The notes under the pieces: model-generated | What the model was told of the DNA's origin: nothing | Databases searched by the model: none | What the model saw: only the letters and a program-made list of their open reading frames with translations | Made by a program: the position numbers and the translations under genes | In this document: positions 1-9,786 of the stretch, in pieces | How the letters are laid out: every line of letters begins with the position of its first letter | Numbering within the stretch: the first letter of the stretch is position 1 | Assembly (NCBI GenBank): GCA_045595985.1 | Contig: JAZOBK010000098.1 | Span: 1-32,907 of the forward strand | Origin: Oscillospiraceae bacterium | GTDB taxonomy: Bacteria > Bacillota > Clostridia > Oscillospirales > Ruminococcaceae | DNA length: 32,907 bases | Reading direction: 5' to 3'

Positions 1-1
1 G

Positions 2-127
2 CCCGACCTGCACAAGAGCCTGCTGTTCCCGAGCGTGCAGAAGGACGGCGTTCTCCCCAGAAAGACCTTCTCCATGGGTCATGCGGAGGATAAGAGATAC
101 TACATGGAATGCCGCAGGATCCGGTAA
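2..127 (+). CDS. 3' end of an unidentified CDS (start lies upstream of the window)
   Basis: Open frame from the window edge to TAA at 125-127 (…FSMGHAEDKRYYMECRRIR*). I do not recognise a family. Confidence 0.3.
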   Translation, partial: PDLHKSLLFPSVQKDGVLPRKTFSMGHAEDKRYYMECRRIR

Positions 128-225
128 AAAAGATTTTTTGAAAACATTGCAATACAGGAGAGATCATCTTATTTTGATGCTCACGGAAAAATTTTAGAAA
201 ATTTTGCATTTTTTGAAAAAAAGTC

Positions 226-254
226 TTGATTTCCGGTTTGAAACGTGATATAAT
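226..254 (+). promoter_or_regulatory. sigma-A type promoter of the rimP-nusA-infB operon
   Basis: TTGATT (226-231), 17-nt spacer, TATAAT (249-254), with an A/T-rich upstream tract. Confidence 0.5.
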
Positions 255-278
255 AATAGTATCATCATGTAAAGTCAA

Positions 279-307
279 AAGACCGGAGCAATCCGGTCTT
301 TCGTTTT
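279..307 (+). terminator. leader hairpin plus T-tract (candidate attenuator) upstream of rimP
   Basis: AAGACCGGA-gcaa-TCCGGTCTT, a 9-bp stem followed by TCGTTTT. It lies between the promoter and the rimP RBS. Confidence 0.45.
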
Positions 308-342
308 GCTTGTATCATATCTGCAAGGAGAGGAGAAATGCA

Positions 343-819
343 ATGAAACTGAAGAAATTCGGCAGTACCGAGCAGCGGATCTACGAGCTGGCAGCCCCGA
401 TCGTAACGGAGCTTGGCTATCTGGTATGGGACATCCGCTACGAAAAAGAAGGTGCGTCGTGGTATCTGCGTATTTTCATTGACAGCGAAACCGAAACCAT
501 CAGCATCAACGACTGTGAAAAGGTGACTGGTCCCATCAGCGATATGCTCGATGAAAAGGATCCGATCGCCCAGAGCTATATTCTGGAGATCAGTTCCGCA
601 GGACTGGAACGCGACCTGATCCGTGAGAGCCATTTCGACGCCTGCGTGGGCTGCGTTGTCCGTGCAAGGCTCATCCGTCCGATCGACGGCTGCCGTGAGA
701 TGGTGGGAACATTGACGGACTGGAACAAGGAACAGGTGGTTCTGGAAACTGAAAACGGTGCAGCGGAGATCCCGTTCAATGCACTGGCATTTGTAAAGCT
801 GTATTTTGAATTTGAATAA
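343..819 (+). CDS. rimP: ribosome maturation factor RimP
   Basis: The internal ATG at 343 is preceded by AAGGAGAGGAG. The MKLKKFGSTEQRIYELAAPIV… sequence is typical of RimP/YlxS, and the gene sits immediately upstream of nusA. Confidence 0.9.
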   Translation: MKLKKFGSTEQRIYELAAPIVTELGYLVWDIRYEKEGASWYLRIFIDSETETISINDCEKVTGPISDMLDEKDPIAQSYILEISSAGLERDLIRESHFDACVGCVVRARLIRPIDGCREMVGTLTDWNKEQVVLETENGAAEIPFNALAFVKLYFEFE

Positions 820-841
820 AAACATGGAGGCGTAACAAGCA

Positions 842-1954
842 ATGAACAACGAATTTTTTGAAGCACTGGCGGATCTGGGAACAGAAAACAGTGTGGATGC
901 CGAGATCATGATCGAGAAGGTAAAGAGTGCGATGCAGAAGGCTGCACAGCGTATTTACCCCGACTGCAAGGAGAATATCCGTGTGGACATTGATCCGGCA
1001 AACCGTATTTTCAATGTGGTGCTGCTGCAGGAGGTCGTGGATGAAGAACCGATCAACGCAACACAGATCCACATTGATGTGGCAAGAACCATTGATCCCG
1101 ATACCTATGTAGGTGCGATTCTGGAGCATCCGCTGGACATTTCCAAATTCGGCAGAGCGTCCGCACAGTCCGCAAAGCAGTCCATTAAGGGCGACCTGCG
1201 TGACATCAACCGTGACCGTCTGTTGGAGAAGTTCCAGGGTAAGGAGAATGATATTCTGTCCGCTACCGTCACACAGGTGGAACCCGGCAGAGGCTCTGCA
1301 ACACTGATGTATGACAAAACGGAGCTGTACCTGCTGCGTCAGGAGCAGATCCCCGGTGAAGTCCTGCGTGAAGGCATGATCATCAGAGTGTATGTGACGG
1401 GCATTGCCAACAAGAGCAAGAAACCCGTGATCAAGGTTTCCCGTGTGCACAGAGATCTGGTAAAGCGTCTGTTCGAGCTGGAGGTTCCGGAAATCTATGA
1501 CGGTACCGTGGAGGTCAAGGCGATTTCCCGTGAGGCAGGTTCCCGTTCCAAGATCGCAGTTGTTTCCCACGATCCGAACGTGGATGCCATCGGCTCCTGC
1601 ATCGGTCCGAAGCGTTCGAGAATTTCCGCCATCGTGCGTGAGCTTGGCGGCGAGAAGATCGACATCATCCCCTACAGCGAGGATCCGGCAGAGTTCATTG
1701 CCCATGCCCTTTCTCCCGCAAAGGTGCTGAAGGTGACGATTCTGGACGAGGAAGAACGCACCTGCGTTGCCATTGTTCCCAATGATCAGCTCTCCCTTGC
1801 CATTGGCAACCGTGGTCAGAATGCAAAGCTGGCTGCCAAGCTGACGGGCTTCAAGATCGACATCAAGTCCGATCAGGACGCAGCGGCAACGGAGATGGAA
1901 GCACTGGCTGAAGAACCGGCCGAAGAAATGGCTTCCGAAGAAAGTGCAGAATAA
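842..1954 (+). CDS. nusA: transcription termination/antitermination factor NusA
   Basis: 370 aa with S1/KH-type sequence (…VSRVHRDLVKRLFELEVPEI…, GPKRSRI, AIGNRGQNAKLAAKLTG). Conserved operon context and a GGAGG RBS. Confidence 0.95.
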   Translation: MNNEFFEALADLGTENSVDAEIMIEKVKSAMQKAAQRIYPDCKENIRVDIDPANRIFNVVLLQEVVDEEPINATQIHIDVARTIDPDTYVGAILEHPLDISKFGRASAQSAKQSIKGDLRDINRDRLLEKFQGKENDILSATVTQVEPGRGSATLMYDKTELYLLRQEQIPGEVLREGMIIRVYVTGIANKSKKPVIKVSRVHRDLVKRLFELEVPEIYDGTVEVKAISREAGSRSKIAVVSHDPNVDAIGSCIGPKRSRISAIVRELGGEKIDIIPYSEDPAEFIAHALSPAKVLKVTILDEEERTCVAIVPNDQLSLAIGNRGQNAKLAAKLTGFKIDIKSDQDAAATEMEALAEEPAEEMASEESAE

Positions 1955-1975
1955 TTCCGGTTCGGAGGTGTCCGT

Positions 1976-2251
1976 ATGGCAAAGAAAATTCCGATGCGTA
2001 TGTGCGTCGGCTGCGGAGAAATGAAACCGAAAAAGGAATTGATACGGGTGGTAAAATCCCCCGAGGGTGAGATCGCACTGGACTTTACAGGAAAGAAATC
2101 CGGCAGGGGTGCCTATATCTGCCGCAGTCAGGAATGCCTGCTGCAGGCACAGAAAACGCACAGGCTGGAAAAGAGCTTTTCCTGCAGGGTGGCACCGGAA
2201 GTATACGAGGTGATGATGAATGCATTGTCCGAAGCTGACGGGACTGATTAG
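1976..2251 (+). CDS. ylxR: YlxR/RnpM family (DUF448) RNA-binding protein
   Basis: MRMCVGCGEMKPKKELIRVV…GRGAYIC motif, with the conserved position after nusA. Confidence 0.85.
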   Translation: MAKKIPMRMCVGCGEMKPKKELIRVVKSPEGEIALDFTGKKSGRGAYICRSQECLLQAQKTHRLEKSFSCRVAPEVYEVMMNALSEADGTD

Positions 2252-2537
2252 TATCTGCCGCAAGGCAGGGAAGATGGCAATGGGGTTTGATCCCATGCTG
2301 GAGGCTCTGGCAGGCGGAAAGGCAAGCGGCGTGATCACGGCGGAGGATATTTCCCCGAAAACATATAAAGAAGTCTGCTTTCATTGCCGGAAGAACGAGA
2401 TTCCGGTCTGCCCCGTACCGCTGACACAGGCGGAGATCGGTGCATCAACAGGACGGCGTTCGGCAGTGATTGCAATTCTCGACAGAGGATTTTTTGACAG
2501 GATACAGACACTGTGTGCACAAGTACAGCAGCAGTGA
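2220..2537 (+). CDS. ylxQ: L7Ae/YlxQ family ribosomal-protein-like RNA-binding protein
   Basis: …LISICRKAGKMAMG…ASGVITAEDISPKT… pattern, located between ylxR and infB. The start is uncertain; the ATG at 2220 overlaps the end of ylxR. Confidence 0.7.
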   Translation: MHCPKLTGLISICRKAGKMAMGFDPMLEALAGGKASGVITAEDISPKTYKEVCFHCRKNEIPVCPVPLTQAEIGASTGRRSAVIAILDRGFFDRIQTLCAQVQQQ

Positions 2538-2595
2538 CCGATAGATCCGCAGCATTCGAATGCGGCGGATCGTGCGAGATAGGAGGTTTTTGCCT

Positions 2596-5178
2596 ATGGC
2601 AAAGAAAATCAAATTGAGCGATGCAGCGAAGGATCTGCAGATGCCCGTACAGGAGCTTGCAGAATTTTTTGAAGGTCATGGTGACGGCAAAAAGAAAAGC
2701 GGTTCATCCATCACAGAGCAGGAAATGAACCTTGCATTGGAATTTTTCAGCCAGAAGCACCATGTGGAAAGCTTCGATGCGTATTTTGCAACCAAGAATC
2801 AGCCGAAGCCCGAAGTGAAGGCGGAAAAGGAAACCAAGAAGCCGGCAAAGAAGGCGGAAAAGACCGAGAAACCGGCAAAGGCTGAAAAAACTGAAAAGAC
2901 TGAAAAGATCGAGAAGGCTGCAAAGCCCGAAGCACCTGCAAAGCAGGAAAAGCCTGCCGAGAGTGCAAAGCCGAAAGAGGCAGAGGCTCCCGCAGCGAAA
3001 CCCGTGAAGAAGGAAATTCCTGCTGAAAAGCCGGCAGAAAAACCAGCAGCTGAGAAGCCTGCCGCAGCACCGGAACAGCCCGCACAGCCTGCACCCAAGC
3101 AGCCGGAACGCCGCAAGGAAGAAAAGAAACGCAAGCAGCCGCAGGTTCACGGTGAAAAGACACGTCTTGGCGGCGTGATGAGCAGCGAGCGTATGGAGAG
3201 TACCGAAAAGCGTCGTACGGTAGATACCAGAGGCAGCTATGTGGATCTGGATAAGTACAATGAGCGTTATGAGCAGATCGCACCGGCGGATCGCCATAAG
3301 GATTATTCTACAAAGAAGCAGAAGATCAACCAGAAGTCCGCACAACGCGGCAAGCAGCGTTCGGGCAAGAAGGAAACCGAGGCACAGCGTCTGAACCGTC
3401 TGGAGCTGGAGCGTGCAAGAAAGCAGCAGCTCAAGGTTCGCATTCCTGACAGCATCACTGTCAGCGAGCTGGCAGCACGTCTGAAGGTAACAGTTTCCAA
3501 GGTGATCGGCAAGCTCATGGGACTTGGCGTAATGGCAAGCATCAATGAGGAGATCGACTTTGATACAGCAGCTCTGGTTGCAGAGGAGCTGGGTGCAAAG
3601 GTAGAGAAGGAAGTCATCGTTACCATCGAGGAACGACTGATCGAGGAGGATACCGACGACGAGTCCAAGCTCCTGCCCCGTTCTCCCGTTGTTGTGGTTA
3701 TGGGACACGTTGACCACGGTAAGACTTCCATTCTGGACAGAATCCGCCATGCAAATGTTACTGCATCCGAAGCCGGCGGTATCACCCAGCATATCGGTGC
3801 ATATCAGGTAAAATACGAGGGCAAGACCATTACGTTCCTCGATACCCCCGGACATGAGGCATTCACTTCCATGCGTGCAAGAGGTGCAAATATCACCGAT
3901 ATTGCAATTCTGGTCGTTGCTGCCGATGACGGCATCATGCCGCAGACCGTTGAATCCATCAACCATGCAAAGGCTGCGGGCGTATCCGTGATCGTTGCCA
4001 TCAACAAGATGGATAAGGAAGCTGCAAACCCCGATCGTGTACGTCAGGAACTGACGGAATATGGTCTTGTATGCGAAGAATGGGGCGGCGATACCATCTG
4101 TGTTGAGGTTTCCGCAAAAACAGGTGCGGGGATCGACACCCTGCTTGAAAACGTTCTGCTCGTTGCGGAATTCAAGGAGCTGACTGCAAATCCTGACCGT
4201 ATGGCACAGGGTACCGTTATCGAAGCTCGTCTGGATAAGGGCAGAGGCCCGATTGCCACAATGCTGGTACAGAAGGGCACGCTGAATACGGGCGACATCA
4301 TCATTGCGGGTACAACCGTGGGTAAGGTTCGTGTGATGACCAACTATAAGGGCTCCATCGTAAAGACTGCAGGTCCGTCCGTTCCGGTTGAGATCACCGG
4401 CATGGATGAGGTTCCGAGTGCAGGCGACATCTTCAATGCTGTTGAGGATGAGCGTCTGGCAAGAACACTCGTTGAGCAGAGAAAGCACGAAGCGAAGGAA
4501 GCACAGTTCCAGAGCACCACAAAGCTGACGCTTGACAACCTGTTCAGCCAGATGGCAGAGGGTGAGATCAAGGAACTGCCGATCATCGTCAAGGCTGACG
4601 TACAGGGCAGTGCGGAAGCAGTCAAGGCATCTCTGGAGAAGCTTTCCAACGACGAGGTGCGTGTCAGAGTCATCCATAGTGCCGTTGGTGCTGTTAAGGA
4701 AAGTGACGTAATGCTGGCGAATGCGTCCAATGCCATTATTGTCGGATTCAATGTACGTCCCGATAACGGTGCGGCGGAAAGTGCTGCACGCGACGGCGTG
4801 GACATTCGTCTGTACCGTATCATCTATGATGCGATCGAGGAAATATCCACTGCAATGAAGGGTATGCTGGCACCGAAGTTCCGTGAGGTAATTCTCGGTA
4901 AGGCAGAGGTTCGTGAAGTATTCAAGATCTCCAGCGTCGGCACGGTTGCCGGCAGCTATATTCTGGATGGCAAGCTGACCAGACAGTGCCAGATCAGAAT
5001 CGTTCGTGACGGCATCATCATTGCGGATGACCATATTGCTGGTCTGCAGCGTTTCAAGGATTCTGTCAAGGAAGTGGCAAGCGGCTATGAATGCGGTATC
5101 AGCCTTGAGAAGTTCAATGACCTGAAGGTCGGCGACATCTTTGAGGCGTATATCATGGAAGAATATCGTCCCGAATAA
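2596..5178 (+). CDS. infB: translation initiation factor IF-2
   Basis: ATG at 2596 follows a GGAGG RBS. Lys/Pro/Glu-rich N-terminal linker, then a GTPase domain ([21 protein letters not shown]) and a C-terminal IF2 domain. Confidence 0.95.
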   Translation: MAKKIKLSDAAKDLQMPVQELAEFFEGHGDGKKKSGSSITEQEMNLALEFFSQKHHVESFDAYFATKNQPKPEVKAEKETKKPAKKAEKTEKPAKAEKTEKTEKIEKAAKPEAPAKQEKPAESAKPKEAEAPAAKPVKKEIPAEKPAEKPAAEKPAAAPEQPAQPAPKQPERRKEEKKRKQPQVHGEKTRLGGVMSSERMESTEKRRTVDTRGSYVDLDKYNERYEQIAPADRHKDYSTKKQKINQKSAQRGKQRSGKKETEAQRLNRLELERARKQQLKVRIPDSITVSELAARLKVTVSKVIGKLMGLGVMASINEEIDFDTAALVAEELGAKVEKEVIVTIEERLIEEDTDDESKLLPRSPVVVVMGHVDHGKTSILDRIRHANVTASEAGGITQHIGAYQVKYEGKTITFLDTPGHEAFTSMRARGANITDIAILVVAADDGIMPQTVESINHAKAAGVSVIVAINKMDKEAANPDRVRQELTEYGLVCEEWGGDTICVEVSAKTGAGIDTLLENVLLVAEFKELTANPDRMAQGTVIEARLDKGRGPIATMLVQKGTLNTGDIIIAGTTVGKVRVMTNYKGSIVKTAGPSVPVEITGMDEVPSAGDIFNAVEDERLARTLVEQRKHEAKEAQFQSTTKLTLDNLFSQMAEGEIKELPIIVKADVQGSAEAVKASLEKLSNDEVRVRVIHSAVGAVKESDVMLANASNAIIVGFNVRPDNGAAESAARDGVDIRLYRIIYDAIEEISTAMKGMLAPKFREVILGKAEVREVFKISSVGTVAGSYILDGKLTRQCQIRIVRDGIIIADDHIAGLQRFKDSVKEVASGYECGISLEKFNDLKVGDIFEAYIMEEYRPE

Positions 5179-5224
5179 TTCCGAAAGCAAGGAATGAAAA
5201 TCATAGATGAAAGGATGGAAATGT

Positions 5225-5545
5225 ATGGAATACAGCAGAATGAGCACAAAGGATATGCTCCAGTATTGCGATGAAGCACTGGCATGGGATGAGCTTGGCC
5301 CCGTAGATGTTTTCTTCTTCGAGTCCGTCAAGAGAATCCTGCTCGGACAGTGCAGTGCTGTGGAAAGAGCAGAAAGCGACGAGCCTGATGAACTGGCAAA
5401 TGTCAGCCAGCCCATCACAGCAGAAGAACTTCTCTCCTACGAGGAAAAATCCAGTCAGGCAAATTTTGGTGAATGCCTTGAAGCGGATGGATTCTTTGAG
5501 TCCGGTGCGGAATATGAGATCACGGACGGAAAGGCAGGCAATTAA
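5225..5545 (+). CDS. hypothetical small acidic protein (start 5207 or 5225)
   Basis: ORF between infB and rbfA. Its TAA stop overlaps the rbfA ATG (TAATG). I see no recognisable family; it is not DUF503-like by eye. Confidence 0.4.
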   Translation: MEYSRMSTKDMLQYCDEALAWDELGPVDVFFFESVKRILLGQCSAVERAESDEPDELANVSQPITAEELLSYEEKSSQANFGECLEADGFFESGAEYEITDGKAGN

Positions 5546-5919
5546 TGCCCAGTTACAAGAACAACCGGATGTCGGAGGACATCCACAGAGAGCTGCCGGA
5601 CATCATCCGACAGCTGAAGGATCCCCGTATCAGTTCCATGCTGACGGTTGTCCGTGTGGATCTGGCAGGGGACGGCTCCCACTGTAAGGTGTATATCTCC
5701 AGCCTGCTCGGCGAGGAGGATACCCGTCAGTCCGTCAGAGGACTTCGCAGTGCGGCAGGTTTTGTCAGACGTGAACTGTTTTCCCGATTGAAAATGCGTA
5801 AGAGTCCTGAGATCGAATTCATTGCGGATAATTCCATTGCAAAGGGTGCGGAGATCACAAAGAAGCTCCAGAGCCTTGCGGGGGAGCATGATACGGAGGG
5901 TGAAGATGCAGAGGATTGA
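5545..5919 (+). CDS. rbfA: ribosome-binding factor A
   Basis: MPSYKNNRMSEDIHRELPDIIR…VVRVDLAGDGSHCKVYIS is typical RbfA, in the conserved operon position. Confidence 0.9.
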   Translation: MPSYKNNRMSEDIHRELPDIIRQLKDPRISSMLTVVRVDLAGDGSHCKVYISSLLGEEDTRQSVRGLRSAAGFVRRELFSRLKMRKSPEIEFIADNSIAKGAEITKKLQSLAGEHDTEGEDAED

Positions 5920-6865
5920 TTTTCAGCAGGCGGCAGATTTTCTGCAAAACTGCGAAGACGCCTATATTCTGATCCACCAGAGCCCCGACGGGGACTGCAT
6001 CGGTTCCGGCTATTCCCTGCAGGCGGTGCTCCGTCTGATGGGAAAGCGGGCGAAGGTGCTTTGTTCCGATGAAATTCCGGCACGTTACGATTATCTCATG
6101 CCGGACGCACAGGAGGATTTTGAGCCGAAGTGCGTGATTTCCGTGGATGTGGCAGATCCCAAGCTCCTTGGCAGATACAAGGATATGTATGCAGACAAGG
6201 TGGATCTTTGCATTGACCACCATGTTTCCAATCTGCTGTATGCAGAGCGGACGCTGCTATTTGCCGATGCCGCAGCAGCTTGCGAGGTGCTTTACGCACT
6301 GTATCGTTTCATGAATGTGCAGTTCACCGAACAGATCGCCATGTGCCTGTATACGGGCATGGCAACCGATACGGGATGCTTTAAATTTGATAACACCACA
6401 CCCGAAACCCATATTTATACAGCGGAGCTGATGCGGGAATTTCCTGACATTCGCTATGGTCTGATCAACCGCAGTATGTTCGATGTCAGGTCACCCGCAC
6501 GTCTGCGTGCGGAAATGCTCATGCTGCAGGCGATGGAGTACTTCCTTGACGGAAAGTGTGCCATGATCTGCGTCACGCAGGAGCTGCGTGAACAGACGGG
6601 CATGGACGACAATGACAGTGAGGGGCTGACCAATCTTCCCACACAGCCCGAGGGCGTGGAAGTGGGGATCACCCTGCGTGAGCGTGAACCGAATGTATAT
6701 AAGGTTTCCCTGCGTTCCGCAAAAGATGTCAACGTTGCCGTGATCTGTCAGGAATTGGGCGGCGGCGGTCATGTCAAGGCAGCGGGATGCCTGCTCAAGG
6801 GGACACTCGCAGAGGTCAAGGCAACGATCCTTGCCGCCGTGGAGAAAGGACTGGCGAGAGCGTGA
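5906..6865 (+). CDS. nrnA: DHH/DHHA1 phosphoesterase (NrnA-like oligoribonuclease / pAp phosphatase)
   Basis: ATG at 5906 follows GGAGGG and overlaps the end of rbfA by 14 nt. Motifs HQSPDGDCIGS, DLCIDHH and GGGGH. Confidence 0.85.
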   Translation: MQRIDFQQAADFLQNCEDAYILIHQSPDGDCIGSGYSLQAVLRLMGKRAKVLCSDEIPARYDYLMPDAQEDFEPKCVISVDVADPKLLGRYKDMYADKVDLCIDHHVSNLLYAERTLLFADAAAACEVLYALYRFMNVQFTEQIAMCLYTGMATDTGCFKFDNTTPETHIYTAELMREFPDIRYGLINRSMFDVRSPARLRAEMLMLQAMEYFLDGKCAMICVTQELREQTGMDDNDSEGLTNLPTQPEGVEVGITLREREPNVYKVSLRSAKDVNVAVICQELGGGGHVKAAGCLLKGTLAEVKATILAAVEKGLARA

Positions 6866-7773
6866 ACGGAATTATCTGTATCGACAAACCGCAGGGATTC
6901 ACGTCCTTTGATGTGATCGGGAAGCTTCGCGGCATTCTGAAAATGCGGCGGCTCGGACACAGCGGTACGCTTGATCCCATGGCAACGGGTGTACTACCCG
7001 TCTTTGTGGGCTATGCCACGAAGGCGTGCGGCATTCTGCCCGACGACAGAAAGGCATATGTTGCGGATTTTCGTCTGGGGCAGGTGAGCGATACGCAGGA
7101 CAGTACGGGCGAGATTCTGGAGGAACATGATGCGTCGGGAATTACCGAGGCGATGATCCTTGCGGCACTACCGCAGTTTATTGGCGATATTTTGCAGATA
7201 CCGCCCATGTATTCGGCGGTTTCCGTGGATGGAAAACGACTGTACGAGCTTGCCCGTGAGGGCAAGACCATTGAACGCAAGGCACGTCAGGTGCAGGTGC
7301 ATGGCATTGACCTCACCGCATTTGATGCGGAAAAAGGCGAAGGTACGCTTACGATCCGCTGCGGTACGGGCGTGTATGTCCGCACCATCCTGCACGATTT
7401 GGGACAGGTTCTCGGATGCGGTGCAGTCATGACGGGGCTGCGTCGTACCATGTCCAACGGTCTGCCCATTGAAAAATGCTGTACATTTGAAGAAATCATG
7501 CAGCTTGCGGAGGAAAACCGTCTTTCGGAGGCAATCATCCCCATTGCGGAGGTGTTTGAGAGCCTGCCGAAGATCCGGCTCACCGAAACGCAGACGACGC
7601 ATTATCGAAACGGCGTAAAATTGGGACTTTCCCAGCTGAAATGCCAGATGACCGATGCGGATCGCTATGCTGTTTACGGACAGCCCGACGGATTCCTCGG
7701 AACTGCAGTCATAGACAGGACGCAGGACTGCCTGCGTGTGGAGCGAAATCTGTGCTCCCCGAAAGAACAATAA
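6862..7773 (+). CDS. truB: tRNA pseudouridine(55) synthase TruB
   Basis: GTG start at 6862 overlaps the nrnA stop (GTGA). NGIICIDKPQGFTSFDV…GHSGTLDPMATGVL motifs. The first in-frame ATG downstream would delete the conserved N-terminus. Confidence 0.9.
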   Translation: MNGIICIDKPQGFTSFDVIGKLRGILKMRRLGHSGTLDPMATGVLPVFVGYATKACGILPDDRKAYVADFRLGQVSDTQDSTGEILEEHDASGITEAMILAALPQFIGDILQIPPMYSAVSVDGKRLYELAREGKTIERKARQVQVHGIDLTAFDAEKGEGTLTIRCGTGVYVRTILHDLGQVLGCGAVMTGLRRTMSNGLPIEKCCTFEEIMQLAEENRLSEAIIPIAEVFESLPKIRLTETQTTHYRNGVKLGLSQLKCQMTDADRYAVYGQPDGFLGTAVIDRTQDCLRVERNLCSPKEQ

Positions 7774-7785
7774 CGAGGTGATACA

Positions 7786-8685
7786 GTGGGAATTTCACTG
7801 AAGCCTTCCGCCGTCGCACTCGGTCTGTTTGACGGCGTGCATCTCGGTCACCGCCGTGTGCTGGAGCTGGTTCTGGCACAGAGGAAAAACGGCATGAAAC
7901 CGTCGGTTTTTACATTTGCAACGGAATCGGTCGGCGTAAAGCATGATACTGCACTGGATTATCTTTACCCCACAACACAGAAATGCCGCATTCTGCAGGA
8001 TTGCGGCATGGAATGGATCTCCCATTACCCCTTTGCAGAGGTCTGCGATATGGATGGTGAGGAATTTGTGCGAAACATCCTCGTGCATCGCTTTTCAGCG
8101 GCGTATGTCTGCTGCGGACGGGATTTCCGTTTTGGCAGGAACGCTGCGTGGGATGTGCAGGATCTGCGGAAATTCGGGGAAAATTACGGATTCGCTGTGC
8201 AGATAGTCGATGATGTGTGCGTGGACGGGGAAACCGTTTCGTCCAGCCGCATCCGTGAGCTTTTGAAGAATGGGGAGGTGTCCCGTGCGGAAGTATTGCT
8301 CGGTGCTCCCTATACCATTGAGCTTGCAGTCGTCCACGGTGCACAGCTTGGGCGAACCATCGGCTTTCCGACGATGAATCAGGTGTTTGCCGAGGGGCAG
8401 CTTGTCCCGAAATTCGGTGTGTATGCGTCACGCACGGTTCTGGATGGCACAGTGTATCCATCCATTACGAATGTCGGCAGAAAGCCCACGGTGCAGTACG
8501 ACGGCAGACCGCTTGCGGAAACCTATGTCATTGGGGCAAAGGGCGATTTTTACGGAAAAACTATTTCCGTGTCCCTTTTGCAGTTCATCCGTCCCGAACA
8601 GAAATTTGATTCTCTGGAGGCTCTGACGGCACAGATGCAAAGGGATCTGGAAATTGCACGGACATACGGGATGCAGTCGGAATAA
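7786..8685 (+). CDS. ribF: bifunctional riboflavin kinase / FMN adenylyltransferase
   Basis: GTG start. LGLFDGVHLGHRRVL motif (nucleotidyltransferase HxGH) and a C-terminal riboflavin kinase region (GFPTMN). Confidence 0.9.
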   Translation: MGISLKPSAVALGLFDGVHLGHRRVLELVLAQRKNGMKPSVFTFATESVGVKHDTALDYLYPTTQKCRILQDCGMEWISHYPFAEVCDMDGEEFVRNILVHRFSAAYVCCGRDFRFGRNAAWDVQDLRKFGENYGFAVQIVDDVCVDGETVSSSRIRELLKNGEVSRAEVLLGAPYTIELAVVHGAQLGRTIGFPTMNQVFAEGQLVPKFGVYASRTVLDGTVYPSITNVGRKPTVQYDGRPLAETYVIGAKGDFYGKTISVSLLQFIRPEQKFDSLEALTAQMQRDLEIARTYGMQSE

Positions 8686-8707
8686 ATTTCGCTTTGCTGT
8701 CACGCAG

Positions 8708-8736
8708 TTGACACAAAGCTTTGTTATAGTTACAAT
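8708..8736 (+). promoter_or_regulatory. sigma-A type promoter for the ABC cassette
   Basis: TTGACA (8708-8713), 17 nt, TACAAT (8731-8736). Confidence 0.5.
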
Positions 8737-8820
8737 ACGAAAACGTTTGAGGAAACTTCCGGAGCTTGGTTTTCGGAAATTCCTGTTAAAATCAGTATAT
8801 CACAAAGGAGGCTATTTCGC

Positions 8821-9786
8821 ATGATTGAAGTCAGAAATCTGACGAAGCATTATGGCGACAAAAAAGCCGTGAATGACATTAGCTTTACGGTTGAGGATGG
8901 CCAGATTCTGGGATTTCTCGGCCCGAACGGTGCGGGAAAATCCACAACGATGAATATGCTTACGGGCTATATTTCCTCCACATCCGGACAGGCACTGATC
9001 AACGGTGTGGATATTCTGGAGGATCCCATCAAGGCAAAGTCCTACATCGGCTATCTGCCGGAGATCCCGCCGCTCTATCTGGATATGACCGTGAAGGCAT
9101 ATCTGAATTTCGTGTATGACCTGAAAAAGTGCAAGCTGCCCAGAAGATCCCATCTGAAGGACGTTTGCACGCTCTGCAAGATCAAGGACGTGGAAAATCG
9201 TCTGATCAAGAACCTCTCCAAGGGTTATAAGCAGCGTGTGGGTCTGGCACAGGCACTCATCGGCAATCCGCCGGTGCTGATTCTGGACGAACCGACCGTA
9301 GGTCTTGACCCGAAGCAGATCATTGACATCCGCACGCTCATCAAGCGTCTGGGCAAGAACCACACTGTCATTCTGTCCTCCCACATTCTGTCCGAAATTC
9401 AGGCAGTCTGTGACCGTGTGATCATCATCAACAAGGGCGTTGTGGCAGCGGATGATACCGCAACCAATCTTTCCAACAAGGTAACCACCGACCACCGTGT
9501 GATCGTTCGTATCGACGGCCCGAAGGCGGAGGTGCTGCAGGCGATCCGTACCATTGACAACCTCAAGTATGTCCGTGCGGATATGGAGCGTGAGGCAGGC
9601 ATTTTTGAATACGAGCTGGAAGCCGAACCGGGTGTTGACATCCGCCGTGAGATCAACCGTGTGGCAAGGGAGAACGACTGGAATATCCTCATGCTGCGTA
9701 CCATGGAAATGACGCTCGAGGACATCTTCCTCAAGATCACCATGGGTGAAAATATCTTGAATGAAAATAAGGAGGCAAAGGCATAA
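8821..9786 (+). CDS. ABC transporter ATP-binding protein (GldA-like, with C-terminal extension)
   Basis: Walker A GPNGAGKST, signature LSKGYKQR, Walker B ILILDEPT. Confidence 0.9.
   Translation: MIEVRNLTKHYGDKKAVNDISFTVEDGQILGFLGPNGAGKSTTMNMLTGYISSTSGQALINGVDILEDPIKAKSYIGYLPEIPPLYLDMTVKAYLNFVYDLKKCKLPRRSHLKDVCTLCKIKDVENRLIKNLSKGYKQRVGLAQALIGNPPVLILDEPTVGLDPKQIIDIRTLIKRLGKNHTVILSSHILSEIQAVCDRVIIINKGVVAADDTATNLSNKVTTDHRVIVRIDGPKAEVLQAIRTIDNLKYVRADMEREAGIFEYELEAEPGVDIRREINRVARENDWNILMLRTMEMTLEDIFLKITMGENILNENKEAKA

Noticed and set aside
2800-3130. Repetitive AEKTEKPAK / [12 protein letters not shown] segment and the corresponding DNA repeats.
   Set aside because: This is the usual low-complexity Lys/Pro/Glu linker of the IF-2 N-terminus in Firmicutes, not an independent repeat element.
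776-5418. Very long minus-strand ORFs (776-2338 at 520 aa, 2704-5418 at 904 aa) antisense to nusA/infB.
   Set aside because: They are shadow ORFs of strongly supported plus-strand genes. Their translations are Cys/Leu/His-rich and low-complexity with no motifs.
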